A stretch of DNA of 32,000 nucleotides from Dickeya solani IPO 2222 (GCF_001644705.1 NZ_CP015137.1:2190001-2222000); one strand, 5' to 3'. Counted from the first letter of the stretch, positions 20,035 through 30,437 are shown. Notes: generated from the letters alone by a model not told the origin. Numbers and translations are program-made.

Positions 20035-21291
20035 TTAGATGCCGCCTTCTCGCCGCGCCCGTTCTACCTCTTCGGCCAGAATGGCGACGCCCTGCTCGAT
20101 TTTTTCCGGTTCCGGCACATAGTTCATGCGCAGGCACTGGTGAGCGTGCGGCCATTCCTGTTCCAGGCCGGGGAAGAAGTAATGGCCCGGCACCATCAGC
20201 ACGCCGCGCTGTTTCAGCCGCTGGTACAGCACGTCGGTGGTGATCGGCAGGTCTTTGAACCACAGCCACAGGAAAATTGCCCCTTCCGGTTTGTGGATCA
20301 GGCAGATTTCCGGCGACAGATAGCGACGAATGATGGCGATGGTCTGTTCCACCCGCTGACGGTAAAACGGCCGCACCACGTCGTTGGACAGCCGCAGCAG
20401 GTCGCCGCGCTGAATCATCTCGTGAGCCAGCGCCGGGCCGATGGAGCCGGGCGCCAGGCTGACGATGCCGTTCATGTTGCCCAGCGCTTCGATCAACGGC
20501 TCCGAACCGATCACGATGCCGCAACGCGAACCGGGCAGGCCGAGTTTCGACAGGCTCATGCACAGGATGGTGTTCGGGTTCCACAGCGGCGTGGCGTCGC
20601 TGAAAATAATGCCGGGGAACGGCACGCCGTAGGCGTTGTCGATCACCAGCGGAATCTGGTGTTCGCGGGCCAGCGCATCCAGATGCTGCAACTCTTCGTC
20701 GGTCAGCACGTTGCCGGTGGGGTTGGTGGGCCGCGAGACGCAAATCATGCCGATGTCGTCGGTGATGCGCAGTTGCTCGAAGTCGACGTGGTATTTGAAT
20801 TGTCCTTCGGGCAACAGCTCAATCTGCGGGCGAACGGAGACGAACATGTCCTCATCCAGCCCGGAATCGGCGTAACCGATGTATTCCGGCGCCAGCGGGA
20901 ACAGCACCCGGCGGCGCTGGCCGTCGTCGGTGCGGCCGGCAAACAGGTTGAACAGGTAGAAAAACGCGCTCTGGCTGCCGTTGGTCAGTGCAATATTCTG
21001 TGGTCCAATCTCCCAGCCCAGTTGTTCGCGCAGCAGGCCGGAGAGCGAATGCAGCAGCTCATCTTTGCCTTGCGGGCCGTCGTAGTTGCACAGCGTATCC
21101 GTCAGTTTTCCTTGATCCAGCAGGTCGCGACACAGCTGCTGAAAGTAGTCGTCCATGGCCGGGATATGGGCCGGATTGCCGCCGCCCAGCATGATGGCGC
21201 CGGGGGTGCGCAGCCCGTCGTTGAGGTCGTCCATCAGTTGGGTAATGCCGGCATGGCGGGTAAATTTGTTGCCGAAACGGGAAAAGTTCAT
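20035..21291 (-). CDS. avtA: Valine--pyruvate aminotransferase
   Basis: Near-collinear with recalled E. coli AvtA: FGNKFTRHAGIT.LM.DLNDGLRTPGAIMLGGGNPA, CNYDGPQGK, LFPLAPEYIGYAD, SRPTNPTGNV and SLSKLGLPGSRCGI. Confidence 0.93.
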   Translation of the reverse strand: MNFSRFGNKFTRHAGITQLMDDLNDGLRTPGAIMLGGGNPAHIPAMDDYFQQLCRDLLDQGKLTDTLCNYDGPQGKDELLHSLSGLLREQLGWEIGPQNIALTNGSQSAFFYLFNLFAGRTDDGQRRRVLFPLAPEYIGYADSGLDEDMFVSVRPQIELLPEGQFKYHVDFEQLRITDDIGMICVSRPTNPTGNVLTDEELQHLDALAREHQIPLVIDNAYGVPFPGIIFSDATPLWNPNTILCMSLSKLGLPGSRCGIVIGSEPLIEALGNMNGIVSLAPGSIGPALAHEMIQRGDLLRLSNDVVRPFYRQRVEQTIAIIRRYLSPEICLIHKPEGAIFLWLWFKDLPITTDVLYQRLKQRGVLMVPGHYFFPGLEQEWPHAHQCLRMNYVPEPEKIEQGVAILAEEVERARREGGI

Positions 21292-21465
21292 AGTTTGTCA
21301 ATAAAGGGTGAAGCACAGGTAAACCGACACCTTAGAGTGCGTGTCCGGTCGGTGCAATCGTAACGGAAAATCCTTCACCACTCTTTATGCTGACTATTTT
21401 TGTTATAACGTAATAGTTAACTGCTGTGGTTGCTGTCTGCGTCAGCACCACCGACCCGCATAATG

Positions 21466-21494
21466 CCAAAAGCTGAACGCGCGTCAGCTTTTGG
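21466..21494. other. 11 bp perfect hairpin CCAAAAGCTGA-N7-TCAGCTTTTGG inside a divergent promoter region
   Basis: Read directly. The A4/T4 runs flanking a GC core give it the form of a bidirectional terminator, but no annotated gene ends here. Confidence 0.4.
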
Positions 21495-21683
21495 CTGATT
21501 TCTCTCACGTTTTTTCTGCAAAATTACTAATCATGCTTAGTAAAATTGTGATGCATAATCCAAATTTATCGCGAAAAAAGAGCAGTTGGTTATCTGGTGA
21601 TAGCAGTCACATTCTCCCGTCAGCCGGATTTGTAGTCTTTTAGCTCCACAGGCTTAATCAATTCAGCTAGAAGGACGCATGGG

Positions 21684-22892
21684 ATGAAAAATGTACTGGC
21701 AATAAGTATCGCTCTGGCGCTGGTTTCCTGGCAGGCATCGGCTCAGACTTTTGTGCTGACAGACGTTGAAAGCAGCACCGAGAAAGGAAACTGGCAGATC
21801 GGCAGCGACGCGCTGAAGATCAAAGATCAGCACTTCAGCATTGAGCAGAAGGTGTTGCACGGCGGGCGTCAGGAAGGCAGCAAAATTCTCACCATCACCA
21901 GTCCGAACGGGTTGCAAATCACCCTTAGCCCGACCCGCGGCATGGATTTGCTGCATGTCACCGGCAAAAACATCCGGCTGGGCTGGGATTCGCCGGTAGA
22001 TGAGGTGGTGAACCCGAACACCATTACGCTTGAAAGCCGCAACGGAGTGGGCTGGCTGGAAGGTTTCAATGAGATGATGGTGCGCTGCGGCTATGAGTGG
22101 ACCGGCCACCCGGTCACCAGCGACGGCATGATTTACACCCTGCACGGCCGTGCCGGCAATACGCCGGCGTCGAAAGTGCTGGTGGACGTCAGCGACAAGG
22201 CGCCTTACACCATCACCGTGCGCGGCCTGCTGAAGGAAAACAGCTTCAAGAAATCCAATCTCGAAACCTGGACCGAACTGCGTTACGTGCCGGGCAGCGA
22301 GTCGTTTACCGTACACGATGTGCTGACCAACCAGTCGGATTACGCCCGCGACTACCAGATCATCTACCACAGCAATTTCGGTACCCCGATTCTGGAAGAG
22401 GGCGCGCGTTTCCTGGCACCGGTGAAGGAGATTTCGCCGTTCAACGACTACGCCAAAGCGGGCCTGAAAAGCTGGCAGACGTATAAAGGACCGACTAAAG
22501 ACTTCGACGAGATGGTGTTTAACATGACGCCGTACGCGGATAAAGAGGGCAAGACGCTGGCCGCGCTGGTGAATCGCGCCGGCGACAAAGGGGTGTCCAT
22601 CGCCTTTGATACCCATCAGTTACCGCTGCTGACGCTGTGGAAAAACACCGACACCCTGAAACAGGGCTACGTCACCGGCATCGAGCCCGGCACCAATTAC
22701 GCCTACCCGGTCACCATTGAACGTCAGCAGGGGCGGGTGAAGAAACTGCAACCCGGCCAAAGCACTACTTTTGAGCTGACCTACAGCCTGTTAAGCAGCC
22801 CGGCGGCGGTACAACAAACCGAGCAGAAAGTGAAAGCGATTCAGGGCGATCGCGCCACGACGCTGACTGAAAAACCGATTGCGGTGGAATGA
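21684..22892 (+). CDS. Aldose-1-epimerase-like (DUF4432-type) protein with an N-terminal signal peptide
   Basis: 402 aa, predicted beta-rich, with the YTLHGR segment and an IEPGTN segment that I associate with mutarotase-like folds. The signal peptide is MKNVLAISIALALVSWQASA-Q. The family call is from recollection. Confidence 0.65.
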   Translation: MKNVLAISIALALVSWQASAQTFVLTDVESSTEKGNWQIGSDALKIKDQHFSIEQKVLHGGRQEGSKILTITSPNGLQITLSPTRGMDLLHVTGKNIRLGWDSPVDEVVNPNTITLESRNGVGWLEGFNEMMVRCGYEWTGHPVTSDGMIYTLHGRAGNTPASKVLVDVSDKAPYTITVRGLLKENSFKKSNLETWTELRYVPGSESFTVHDVLTNQSDYARDYQIIYHSNFGTPILEEGARFLAPVKEISPFNDYAKAGLKSWQTYKGPTKDFDEMVFNMTPYADKEGKTLAALVNRAGDKGVSIAFDTHQLPLLTLWKNTDTLKQGYVTGIEPGTNYAYPVTIERQQGRVKKLQPGQSTTFELTYSLLSSPAAVQQTEQKVKAIQGDRATTLTEKPIAVE

Positions 22893-22934
22893 TCGGCTCC
22901 GTAGTCGGTTCACATAAATGACAAACCTTTCGCT

Positions 22935-22972
22935 GCCCCTCTCCCTGATGTTAAGGGGAGGGGCTTTCTTTT
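22935..22972. terminator. Rho-independent terminator (GCCCCTCTCCC..GGGGAGGGGC-TTTCTTTT) between convergent genes
   Basis: GC-rich stem with one bulge, followed by a T-rich run on the + strand. It lies between the epimerase-like stop (22892) and the ghrB stop (22992). Confidence 0.7.
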
Positions 22973-22991
22973 AGATAGATGCCTGATGCGG

Positions 22992-23954
22992 TTACTTCAG
23001 CACGTCCGGATTGACGCAGTTCTCTTTGACGTTGCCGCTCAGTGCGGCGATCAGGTTGTCCACCGCGCAGGCCGACATGTTGTAGCGGGTTTCATGGGTG
23101 GCGGAGCCGATGTGCGGCAGCGCGACCACGTTGGGCAACTTCAGCAGCGGCGAGTCCACCGGTAGCGGCTCTTGTTCGAATACATCCAGCCCGGCAGCGT
23201 AAATAGTGCCGTCGGTCAGCGCTTCAATTAACGCCGGTTCGTCAATAACCGGGCCGCGACCGATGTTGATTACAATCGCGCTGGACTTCATTTTCTTCAA
23301 CTGTTCGCGGCCGATCAGATGGTGGGTCTGCGGGGTTAGCGGCAGGGTGATGCACAGAAAATCCGACTCTGCCAGCAAGCCGTCCAGGTCACGGTAACCG
23401 GCGTTGAAGCGGGTTTCCGCTTCCTGATGATGACGGCGGGCGTGGTACAACACCGGCATGCCAAAGCCCAGATGCGCGCGCTGCGCCACCGCCAGACCGA
23501 TGCGCCCCATACCCAGAATACCGATGGTTTTGTGGTGAACATCAATGCCAAACCAGTCTTTATCGACACTGGTTTTCCACTCTCCGGCCTTAACCCGCTC
23601 TGCGACTTCCAGCCCGCGGCGGGCGGTCATCAGCATCAGCGTCAGCACCGCATCCGCCACCGTTTCCGTCAGCGCGGTCGGCGTGTGCATCAGCAGCGCC
23701 CCTTTGTCGTTCAGGGTGGCGAGATCGATATTGTCGTAGCCGACAGAAATGGTGGAGACGGCGCGCAGGCGCGGCAAATGGGAGAGAAATTCCCGGCTAA
23801 CCGTGGCGCTGGAGCCGATCAATCCTTCCACCCGTTCAAGTACGGGGTGATCGACCGGCGGCAGCCCGTTGAATTCATGCACGGTGGCGTATTGCTCAAG
23901 GCGGGCGCGCAGCGCGTCAGGGATACTTCTGTAGAGGATCACTTCAGGTTTCAT
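22992..23954 (-). CDS. ghrB: Glyoxylate/hydroxypyruvate reductase B (2-ketoacid reductase)
   Basis: Collinear with recalled E. coli GhrB from MKPEVILY to CVNP. Shared segments include [39 protein letters not shown] and [12 protein letters not shown]. The ATG at 23954 has GGAG 7 nt upstream. The track start at 24089 adds 45 non-homologous residues. Confidence 0.92.
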   Translation of the reverse strand: MKPEVILYRSIPDALRARLEQYATVHEFNGLPPVDHPVLERVEGLIGSSATVSREFLSHLPRLRAVSTISVGYDNIDLATLNDKGALLMHTPTALTETVADAVLTLMLMTARRGLEVAERVKAGEWKTSVDKDWFGIDVHHKTIGILGMGRIGLAVAQRAHLGFGMPVLYHARRHHQEAETRFNAGYRDLDGLLAESDFLCITLPLTPQTHHLIGREQLKKMKSSAIVINIGRGPVIDEPALIEALTDGTIYAAGLDVFEQEPLPVDSPLLKLPNVVALPHIGSATHETRYNMSACAVDNLIAALSGNVKENCVNPDVLK

Positions 23955-24311
23955 CAGTTCACTCCGGCTGATAGGCGATTGTCTGATTAAAACGACGGTT
24001 GTATTTAAAAGCGGTCTTTTTAAAAAAGGGTTCTCTACTAGCTTCGCATATTGATACCCGGTCTTTGCCGTGCCATCGCCCAAAAACAATTGGAAGATTC
24101 AATAAAATGCGATGGTAAACAGTCATCTATGCTGATCATCCGCGCTCCATTTTCGCGCTGGCCTTTCTGCAAAGCGATGTGTTCTGCTGATAAAGAGATC
24201 TGCCCGGCCTGGAGGGGCATAAGCCGACACCGAGACTGCGGGTTACGAACAGGTTGCTTCAGGCATGATGGTCGACATGGCGGGAGACTGCAAGTCAGAC
24301 GGTAGTCGGGC

Positions 24312-24342
24312 GGCGCGCCTTCCGATGTGCCAGAAGGCGCGC
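24312..24342. other. GC-rich 10 bp hairpin (GCGCGCCTTC-N10-GAAGGCGCGC) in a long non-coding gap
   Basis: Read directly, with no U tract on either side. It sits in the 555 bp gap between the yiaC-like stop and the ghrB start. Confidence 0.35.
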
Positions 24343-24509
24343 TCCCGCTAAAAACCCCGGTATTGGCTGAAATCAGCGGTGTTACAAAAGAGATGAAATA
24401 ATCGGCAGCCACACTCACGCCGTCGGCATGAGTTGGTATGTTATAAAGTATCATTTTGTGGCGGTAATGCAACCGTACCGGGTATGTCCTTCGGTTGCTC
24501 AAACTGGAT

Positions 24510-24965
24510 TCAAGGCATGACGGAGGCGAGCAGTTCCTGATCCTGCCAGTGCATGATCAACAGGCGCGAGCGGGTTTCGTGCTGGTAATTCTCCTGCACG
24601 GTGGTAAATCCCTGTTTGCGATAGAAGGCGCAGGCGCGGTGGTTTTGTTGGTAGACCTCCAGACTGAGCATGGGAAAGCGGTGTTGGATATGTTGCATCA
24701 GCGCCGCGCCCGCGCCCTGGCCGTACAGATTGTGGTGGACAAACAGCGCGCCGATAAAACGCTGATCCATCACGCTGATAAAACCGCCGATGCCCTGCGC
24801 ATCCTCATAAATCCAGGTCTGCGAGTGGGGAATGTAGTGCCCGCGCACCAGTTCCTCGCTTTCCAGCCAATAGCGCGGCGAGATAAACGGGTGCGCTCGG
24901 GTGGTGCTTTCCAGCCATAGCACCACCAGCGGCTCCAGGTCCGGCGGCCGGTAGGGCCGGATCAC
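24510..24965 (-). CDS. yiaC: GNAT-family N-acetyltransferase, YiaC-like
   Basis: Matches recalled E. coli YiaC: LWLESTT.AHPFI...YW, G.IGGFISVM..RFIGALFV, the Q/R-x-x-G-x-G/A motif (GQGAGAALM), LEVYQ.N..A..FY...GF. I prefer the GTG at 24965, with GGAGG 4 nt upstream, overlapping the tag stop as GTGA. Confidence 0.8.
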   Translation of the reverse strand: MIRPYRPPDLEPLVVLWLESTTRAHPFISPRYWLESEELVRGHYIPHSQTWIYEDAQGIGGFISVMDQRFIGALFVHHNLYGQGAGAALMQHIQHRFPMLSLEVYQQNHRACAFYRKQGFTTVQENYQHETRSRLLIMHWQDQELLASVMP

Positions 24966-25522
24966 GACGCCTCCGGGTGGCAAAAGCACGCGGTGATATG
25001 ATCGTTCACCAGCCCGGCCGCCTGCATAAAGGCGTAGCAGATGGTGGAGCCGATAAAGGTAAAGCCGCGTTTTTTCAGCGCTTTGGACATCGCGTCCGAC
25101 ACGGCGGTTTTCGCCGGCACGTCGGCCAGCGCTGCGGGGTGATTGATCACCGGTTGATGATTGACGAACGACCAAATAAAGGCGGCAAAGTCTTCCCCTT
25201 GCTGTTGCATCGTCAGCCAGGCGCGAGCATTGCGGATGATGGCCTCAATTTTACCGCGATGGCGGATGATGCCGGGGTCCAGCACCAGTCGGTCCACTTC
25301 GTCGTCGGTCATGGCCGCGATGCGGTGAGGATCGAATCCGTGGAAGCAGCGGCGGTAGTGCTCGCGCTTTTTGAGCACGGTTATCCACGACAACCCGGCC
25401 TGCTGGCCTTCCAGACAAAGCAGTTCAAACAGCGCCCGGCCGTCGGTGCAGGGTTTTCCCCACTCGTTGTCATGATAATCCTGATACAGCGTATCCTGCG
25501 TGACCCAACCACAGCGTGTCAT
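24962..25522 (-). CDS. tag: DNA-3-methyladenine glycosylase I
   Basis: Collinear with recalled E. coli Tag: RCGWV, YHDNEWG.P, LEGQQAGLSWITVLKKRE.YR.CF, GIIRHRGKI.AII.NARA and KKRGF.F.G.TICY.FMQA.GLVNDH. Confidence 0.95.
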   Translation of the reverse strand: MTRCGWVTQDTLYQDYHDNEWGKPCTDGRALFELLCLEGQQAGLSWITVLKKREHYRRCFHGFDPHRIAAMTDDEVDRLVLDPGIIRHRGKIEAIIRNARAWLTMQQQGEDFAAFIWSFVNHQPVINHPAALADVPAKTAVSDAMSKALKKRGFTFIGSTICYAFMQAAGLVNDHITACFCHPEAS

Positions 25523-25548
25523 CCTCTTCTCCCTTACTCCACGGTTGT

Positions 25549-25644
25549 TATCTACAGACAGTGTTATCTACAGACATTGTTATCTACAGACATTGTTATC
25601 TACAGACATTGCTATCTACAGACATTGCCATCTACAGACATTGT
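25549..25644. repeat. 6 x 16 bp head-to-tail tandem repeat (TATCTACAGACATTGT)
   Basis: Units read directly: TATCTACAGACAGTGT, TATCTACAGACATTGT (twice), TATCTACAGACATTGC (twice), CATCTACAGACATTGT. The array begins 27 nt upstream of the tag ATG, directly abutting its Shine-Dalgarno sequence. Confidence 0.95.
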
Positions 25645-25765
25645 GCTCCACCGGCATTGTTGATATTGATGATGGCCGGTTTTGGCGCATCACCCGCGTG
25701 GTGTGGCGATCATCAGCCTAAGCACGGTGTGATGCAACCCTGCGCAGACAGGGGCCGTGTGAGGC

Positions 25766-25987
25766 ATGACGCCGGAATCGAATGCAGAGTATAAGCGACA
25801 GGGGACAATAATGGGGATTGAGTGGATTCTGGCCTATTTGGCGCTGATCTCCGCGGTCAGTTTCTTCACCGCGCCGGTGGGCGCGCGTCTGGCGCACCAG
25901 CTACCGGTCGCCACGCTGAAAAAGGCGTTCGCCGGGCTATTGCTGCTGCTGAGCCTGAAAATGCTGCAGACCGTGTTCGCGGGCTAA
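25766..25987 (+). pseudogene. C-terminal remnant of a TSUP (TauE/SafE-type) membrane transporter, or a derived two-helix miniprotein
   Basis: W.LA..L..S......PVGARLAHQLP...LKKAFAGLLLLLSLKML resembles the last two helices of TSUP proteins, which are about 250 aa. An in-frame stop lies at 25760-25762, so at most about 75 codons remain. The internal ATG at 25811 has AGGGGA 5 nt upstream. Confidence 0.4.
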
Positions 25988-26131
25988 TCGCCACGCGGGA
26001 ACCGGAAGAGAAACCCCGCCACAGAGCAATGCGGCCCAAGTTGTTGCCGCATTCTGGCTGTATATCTTGCACTCAGAGGGTATACTGGCGCCTTCATTGT
26101 AAAAACCACTTGTATCGCGTGCGAATCCAAC

Positions 26132-27046
26132 ATGCAAAAGTTTGATACCAAGACCTTTCAGGGCCTGATCCTGACGTTACAGGATTACTGGGCGCGTCAG
26201 GGCTGCACCATCGTCCAACCGCTGGACATGGAAGTCGGCGCCGGCACTTCTCACCCTATGACCTGCCTGCGCGCGCTCGGCCCGGAGCCGATCGCCGCCG
26301 CCTATGTGCAGCCGTCCCGCCGTCCTACCGACGGCCGCTACGGTGAGAACCCCAACCGCCTGCAACACTACTACCAGTTTCAGGTGATCATTAAGCCGTC
26401 GCCGGACAACATTCAGGAGCTGTACCTCGGTTCGCTGAAAGAGCTGGGTATGGACCCAACCATTCACGACATCCGTTTCGTGGAAGATAACTGGGAAAAC
26501 CCGACGCTGGGCGCCTGGGGTCTGGGTTGGGAAGTGTGGCTGAACGGGATGGAAGTCACCCAGTTCACCTATTTCCAGCAGGTCGGCGGTCTGGAGTGTA
26601 AACCGGTGACCGGCGAGATCACCTACGGTCTGGAACGTCTGGCGATGTACATTCAGGGCGTGGACAGCGTCTACGATCTGGTGTGGAGCGACGGCCCGCT
26701 GGGTAAAACTACCTACGGCGACGTGTTCCATCAAAACGAAGTGGAGCAGTCCACCTATAACTTCGAATACGCCGACGTGGATTTCCTGTTTACCTGCTTC
26801 GAGCAGTACGAAAAAGAAGCCCAGCAGTTGCTGGCGCTGGAAAAACCGCTGCCGCTGCCTGCCTACGAGCGCATTTTGAAAGCCGCCCACAGCTTCAACC
26901 TGCTGGACGCGCGCAAAGCCATTTCCGTGACCGAACGTCAGCGCTACATCCTGCGGATCCGTGCCCTGACCAAAGCGGTGGCGGAAGCCTACTATGCCTC
27001 CCGCGAGGCGTTGGGCTTCCCGATGTGCAATCGAAAAAAGAGCTGA
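26132..27046 (+). CDS. glyQ: Glycine--tRNA ligase alpha subunit
   Basis: Almost identical over its whole length to recalled E. coli GlyQ ([46 protein letters not shown]...). Confidence 0.97.
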   Translation: MQKFDTKTFQGLILTLQDYWARQGCTIVQPLDMEVGAGTSHPMTCLRALGPEPIAAAYVQPSRRPTDGRYGENPNRLQHYYQFQVIIKPSPDNIQELYLGSLKELGMDPTIHDIRFVEDNWENPTLGAWGLGWEVWLNGMEVTQFTYFQQVGGLECKPVTGEITYGLERLAMYIQGVDSVYDLVWSDGPLGKTTYGDVFHQNEVEQSTYNFEYADVDFLFTCFEQYEKEAQQLLALEKPLPLPAYERILKAAHSFNLLDARKAISVTERQRYILRIRALTKAVAEAYYASREALGFPMCNRKKS

Positions 27047-27055
27047 GAGGCAGCG

Positions 27056-29140
27056 ATGACAGACAAGACGTTTCTGGTGGAAATTGGCACGGAAGAGCTG
27101 CCGCCGAAGGCTTTGCGTTCCCTGGCGGAGTCTTTTGCCGCCAATTTTACCGCTGAACTGGATGCCGCCGGGCTGGGTTATCAGTCGGTCAACTGGTTTG
27201 CCGCGCCGCGCCGTCTGGCGCTGAAAGTCGCAGGCTTAAGCGCTTCTCAGCCGGATCGTGAAGTAGAAAAGCGCGGGCCGGCTATCGCGCAGGCGTTTGA
27301 CGCCGAAGGCAAACCGACCAAAGCGGCGGAAGGCTGGGCGCGTGGCTGCGGCATCACCGTCGATCAGGCTGAGCGTCTGACCACCGACAAGGGCGAATGG
27401 TTGCTGTTCCGCGCTCAGGTGAAAGGCGAAGCGGCGCAGGCGCTGCTGCCGGGCATGGTCAGCACCGCGCTGGCGAAGCTGCCGATCCCGAAACTGATGC
27501 ACTGGGGCGATAAAGAGACCCAATTTGTGCGTCCGGTACACACCGTGACCCTGCTGCTGGGCGATGAACTGGTGCCGGGCACCGTGCTGGGCATCGATTC
27601 CGCTCGCACCATCCGTGGTCACCGTTTTATGGGCGAGCCGGAATTCACTATCGATAACGCCGACCAGTACCCGCAGATTCTGCTGGAGCGCGGCAAGGTG
27701 CTCGCCGATTACGAGGCGCGTAAAGCCAAAATCAAGGCCGACGCCGAAGACGCTGCTCGCCACATCGGCGGCAATGCCGACCTGAGCGACAGCCTGCTGG
27801 AAGAAGTTACCTCGCTGGTGGAATGGCCGGTGGTGCTGACCGCCAAATTCGAAGAGAAATTCCTGGCGGTACCGGCGGAAGCGCTGGTGTACACCATGAA
27901 AGGCGACCAGAAATACTTCCCGGTCTACGACAACAGCGGCAAGCTGCTGCCGAATTTCATTTTTGTCGCCAACATCGAGTCTAAAGACCCGCAGCAGATC
28001 ATCACCGGTAACGAGAAGGTGGTGCGTCCGCGTCTGGCCGACGCCGAATTCTTCTTCAATACCGACCGTAAAAAGCGCCTGGAAGATCATCTGCCGCGTC
28101 TGGAAACCGTGCTGTTCCAGCAACAGCTGGGCACGCTGCGCGACAAGACCGACCGCATCGCGGCGCTGGCAGGCTGGGTGGCCGAACAGATCGGCGCCGA
28201 TGTGAATCACGCCAAACGCGCGGGCCTGCTGTCCAAATGCGACCTGATGACCAACATGGTGTTTGAATTCACCGACACCCAGGGCGTGATGGGGATGCAC
28301 TACGCCCGTCACGACGGCGAAGCCGAAGACGTGGCGGTAGCGCTGAACGAACAGTATCAGCCGCGCTTTGCCGGCGATGAACTGCCGTCTTCGCCGGTGG
28401 CCTGTGCGCTGGCGATCGCCGACAAGATGGATACCCTGGCGGGGATCTTCGGCATCGGTCAGCATCCGAAAGGCGATAAGGACCCGTTCGCGCTGCGTCG
28501 CGCTGCGCTGGGCGCGCTGCGCATCATCGTGGAAAAACGCCTGCCGCTGGATCTGCAAACCCTGACCGAAGAAGCGGTGCGCCTGTACGGCGACAAGCTG
28601 AGTGCTATCAATGCAGGGAACGCCAACGTGGTGGACGATGTGATCGAGTTCATGCTGGGCCGCTTCCGCGCCTGGTATCAGGAAGAAGGTCACAGTGTGG
28701 ACACCATTCAGGCGGTGCTGGCGCGCCGTCCGACTCGCCCGGCGGATTTCGACGCCCGCGTAAAAGCGGTGAGTCATTTCCGCACGCTGGAACAGGCCGA
28801 AGCGCTGGCCGCCGCTAACAAGCGTGTGTCCAACATTCTGGCTAAATCCACCGAAACGCTGAACGACAGCGTGCAGGCGGCGTTGCTGAAAGAGAACGAG
28901 GAAATTCAGCTGGCGACCTACGTTACCGCGCTGACCAGTAAACTGGCGCCGTGGTTTGCCGAAGGCCGTTATCAGGAAGCGCTGGGCGAGCTGGCGCAAC
29001 TGCGCGAGCCGGTGGACAACTTCTTCGATAAGGTGATGGTCAACGCCGATGATCAGCAGGTGCGTATCAATCGCCTGACGCTGCTCAACGAACTGCGCAA
29101 CCTGTTCCTGAAAGTCGCGGATATTTCGGTGTTGCAGTAA
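27056..29140 (+). CDS. glyS: Glycine--tRNA ligase beta subunit
   Basis: Begins [24 protein letters not shown], about 690 aa. It lies 9 nt downstream of the glyQ stop, with GAGAGG as RBS. Confidence 0.97.
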   Translation: MTDKTFLVEIGTEELPPKALRSLAESFAANFTAELDAAGLGYQSVNWFAAPRRLALKVAGLSASQPDREVEKRGPAIAQAFDAEGKPTKAAEGWARGCGITVDQAERLTTDKGEWLLFRAQVKGEAAQALLPGMVSTALAKLPIPKLMHWGDKETQFVRPVHTVTLLLGDELVPGTVLGIDSARTIRGHRFMGEPEFTIDNADQYPQILLERGKVLADYEARKAKIKADAEDAARHIGGNADLSDSLLEEVTSLVEWPVVLTAKFEEKFLAVPAEALVYTMKGDQKYFPVYDNSGKLLPNFIFVANIESKDPQQIITGNEKVVRPRLADAEFFFNTDRKKRLEDHLPRLETVLFQQQLGTLRDKTDRIAALAGWVAEQIGADVNHAKRAGLLSKCDLMTNMVFEFTDTQGVMGMHYARHDGEAEDVAVALNEQYQPRFAGDELPSSPVACALAIADKMDTLAGIFGIGQHPKGDKDPFALRRAALGALRIIVEKRLPLDLQTLTEEAVRLYGDKLSAINAGNANVVDDVIEFMLGRFRAWYQEEGHSVDTIQAVLARRPTRPADFDARVKAVSHFRTLEQAEALAAANKRVSNILAKSTETLNDSVQAALLKENEEIQLATYVTALTSKLAPWFAEGRYQEALGELAQLREPVDNFFDKVMVNADDQQVRINRLTLLNELRNLFLKVADISVLQ

Positions 29141-29177
29141 ACGCCCGGATAATCAGCGCAGAGCGCTGTGTATGCCA

Positions 29178-29202
29178 AAGCCTCCTTTCCGGAGGCTTTT
29201 TT
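29178..29202 (+). terminator. Rho-independent terminator after glyS (AAGCCTCC-TTTCC-GGAGGC-TTTTTT)
   Basis: Stem, loop and T6 run read directly, 38 nt after the glyS stop. Confidence 0.8.
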
Positions 29203-29235
29203 GTCATTGGATATTGCTAAACCGGACTGGCGTTG

Positions 29236-30345
<1,110 letters not shown>

Positions 30346-30437
30346 CAGATCGTTCCGTCCACCGCTCATTGTTGAGAGACGCGCTAGCCGATGTAAACCC
30401 GATCGGCTACCGGAGTGGATGACATCATGACGGAGCT

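Noticed and set aside
21541-21570. A CRP-like site, AAAATTGTGATGCATAATCCAAATTT, upstream of the epimerase-like gene.
   Set aside because: Only the left TGTGA half-site matches. The right half (ATCCA versus TCACA) is poor, which is insufficient to call.
24038-24502. 154 aa ORF on the - strand, and an 84 aa ORF on the + strand (24051-24305), in the yiaC-ghrB gap.
   Set aside because: Neither has an RBS. Both have implausible compositions (Cys/Arg/Pro/Ser-rich, with no hydrophobic core pattern) and no resemblance to bisC or yiaD, the genes at this position in E. coli. The region is treated as non-coding.
25549-25644. The tandem repeat arrays (here and at 9467-9541) as possible CRISPR arrays.
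   Set aside because: The units are directly abutting with no spacers, are far shorter than CRISPR repeats, and no cas genes are present.
26040-26131. An attempt to define the glyQ promoter (TTGCAC / TATACT hexamers near 26060-26090).
   Set aside because: The spacing between the best hexamers is only about 8 nt, and other combinations are weak. I could not support a specific promoter call from the sequence alone.
27236-28999. 587 aa ORF antisense to glyS. Similar long antisense ORFs occur opposite avtA (19966-21363), the epimerase-like gene (21663-22616), the binding protein (17583-18674), the permeases (16690-17505, 16098-16769) and the ATPase (14173-15009).
   Set aside because: All lie opposite genes with strong homology-based support. 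Their translations are Arg/Gly/Ala/His/Gln-rich and low-complexity, and they lack RBSs. This is the expected stop-codon-poor antisense frame of GC-rich coding DNA.
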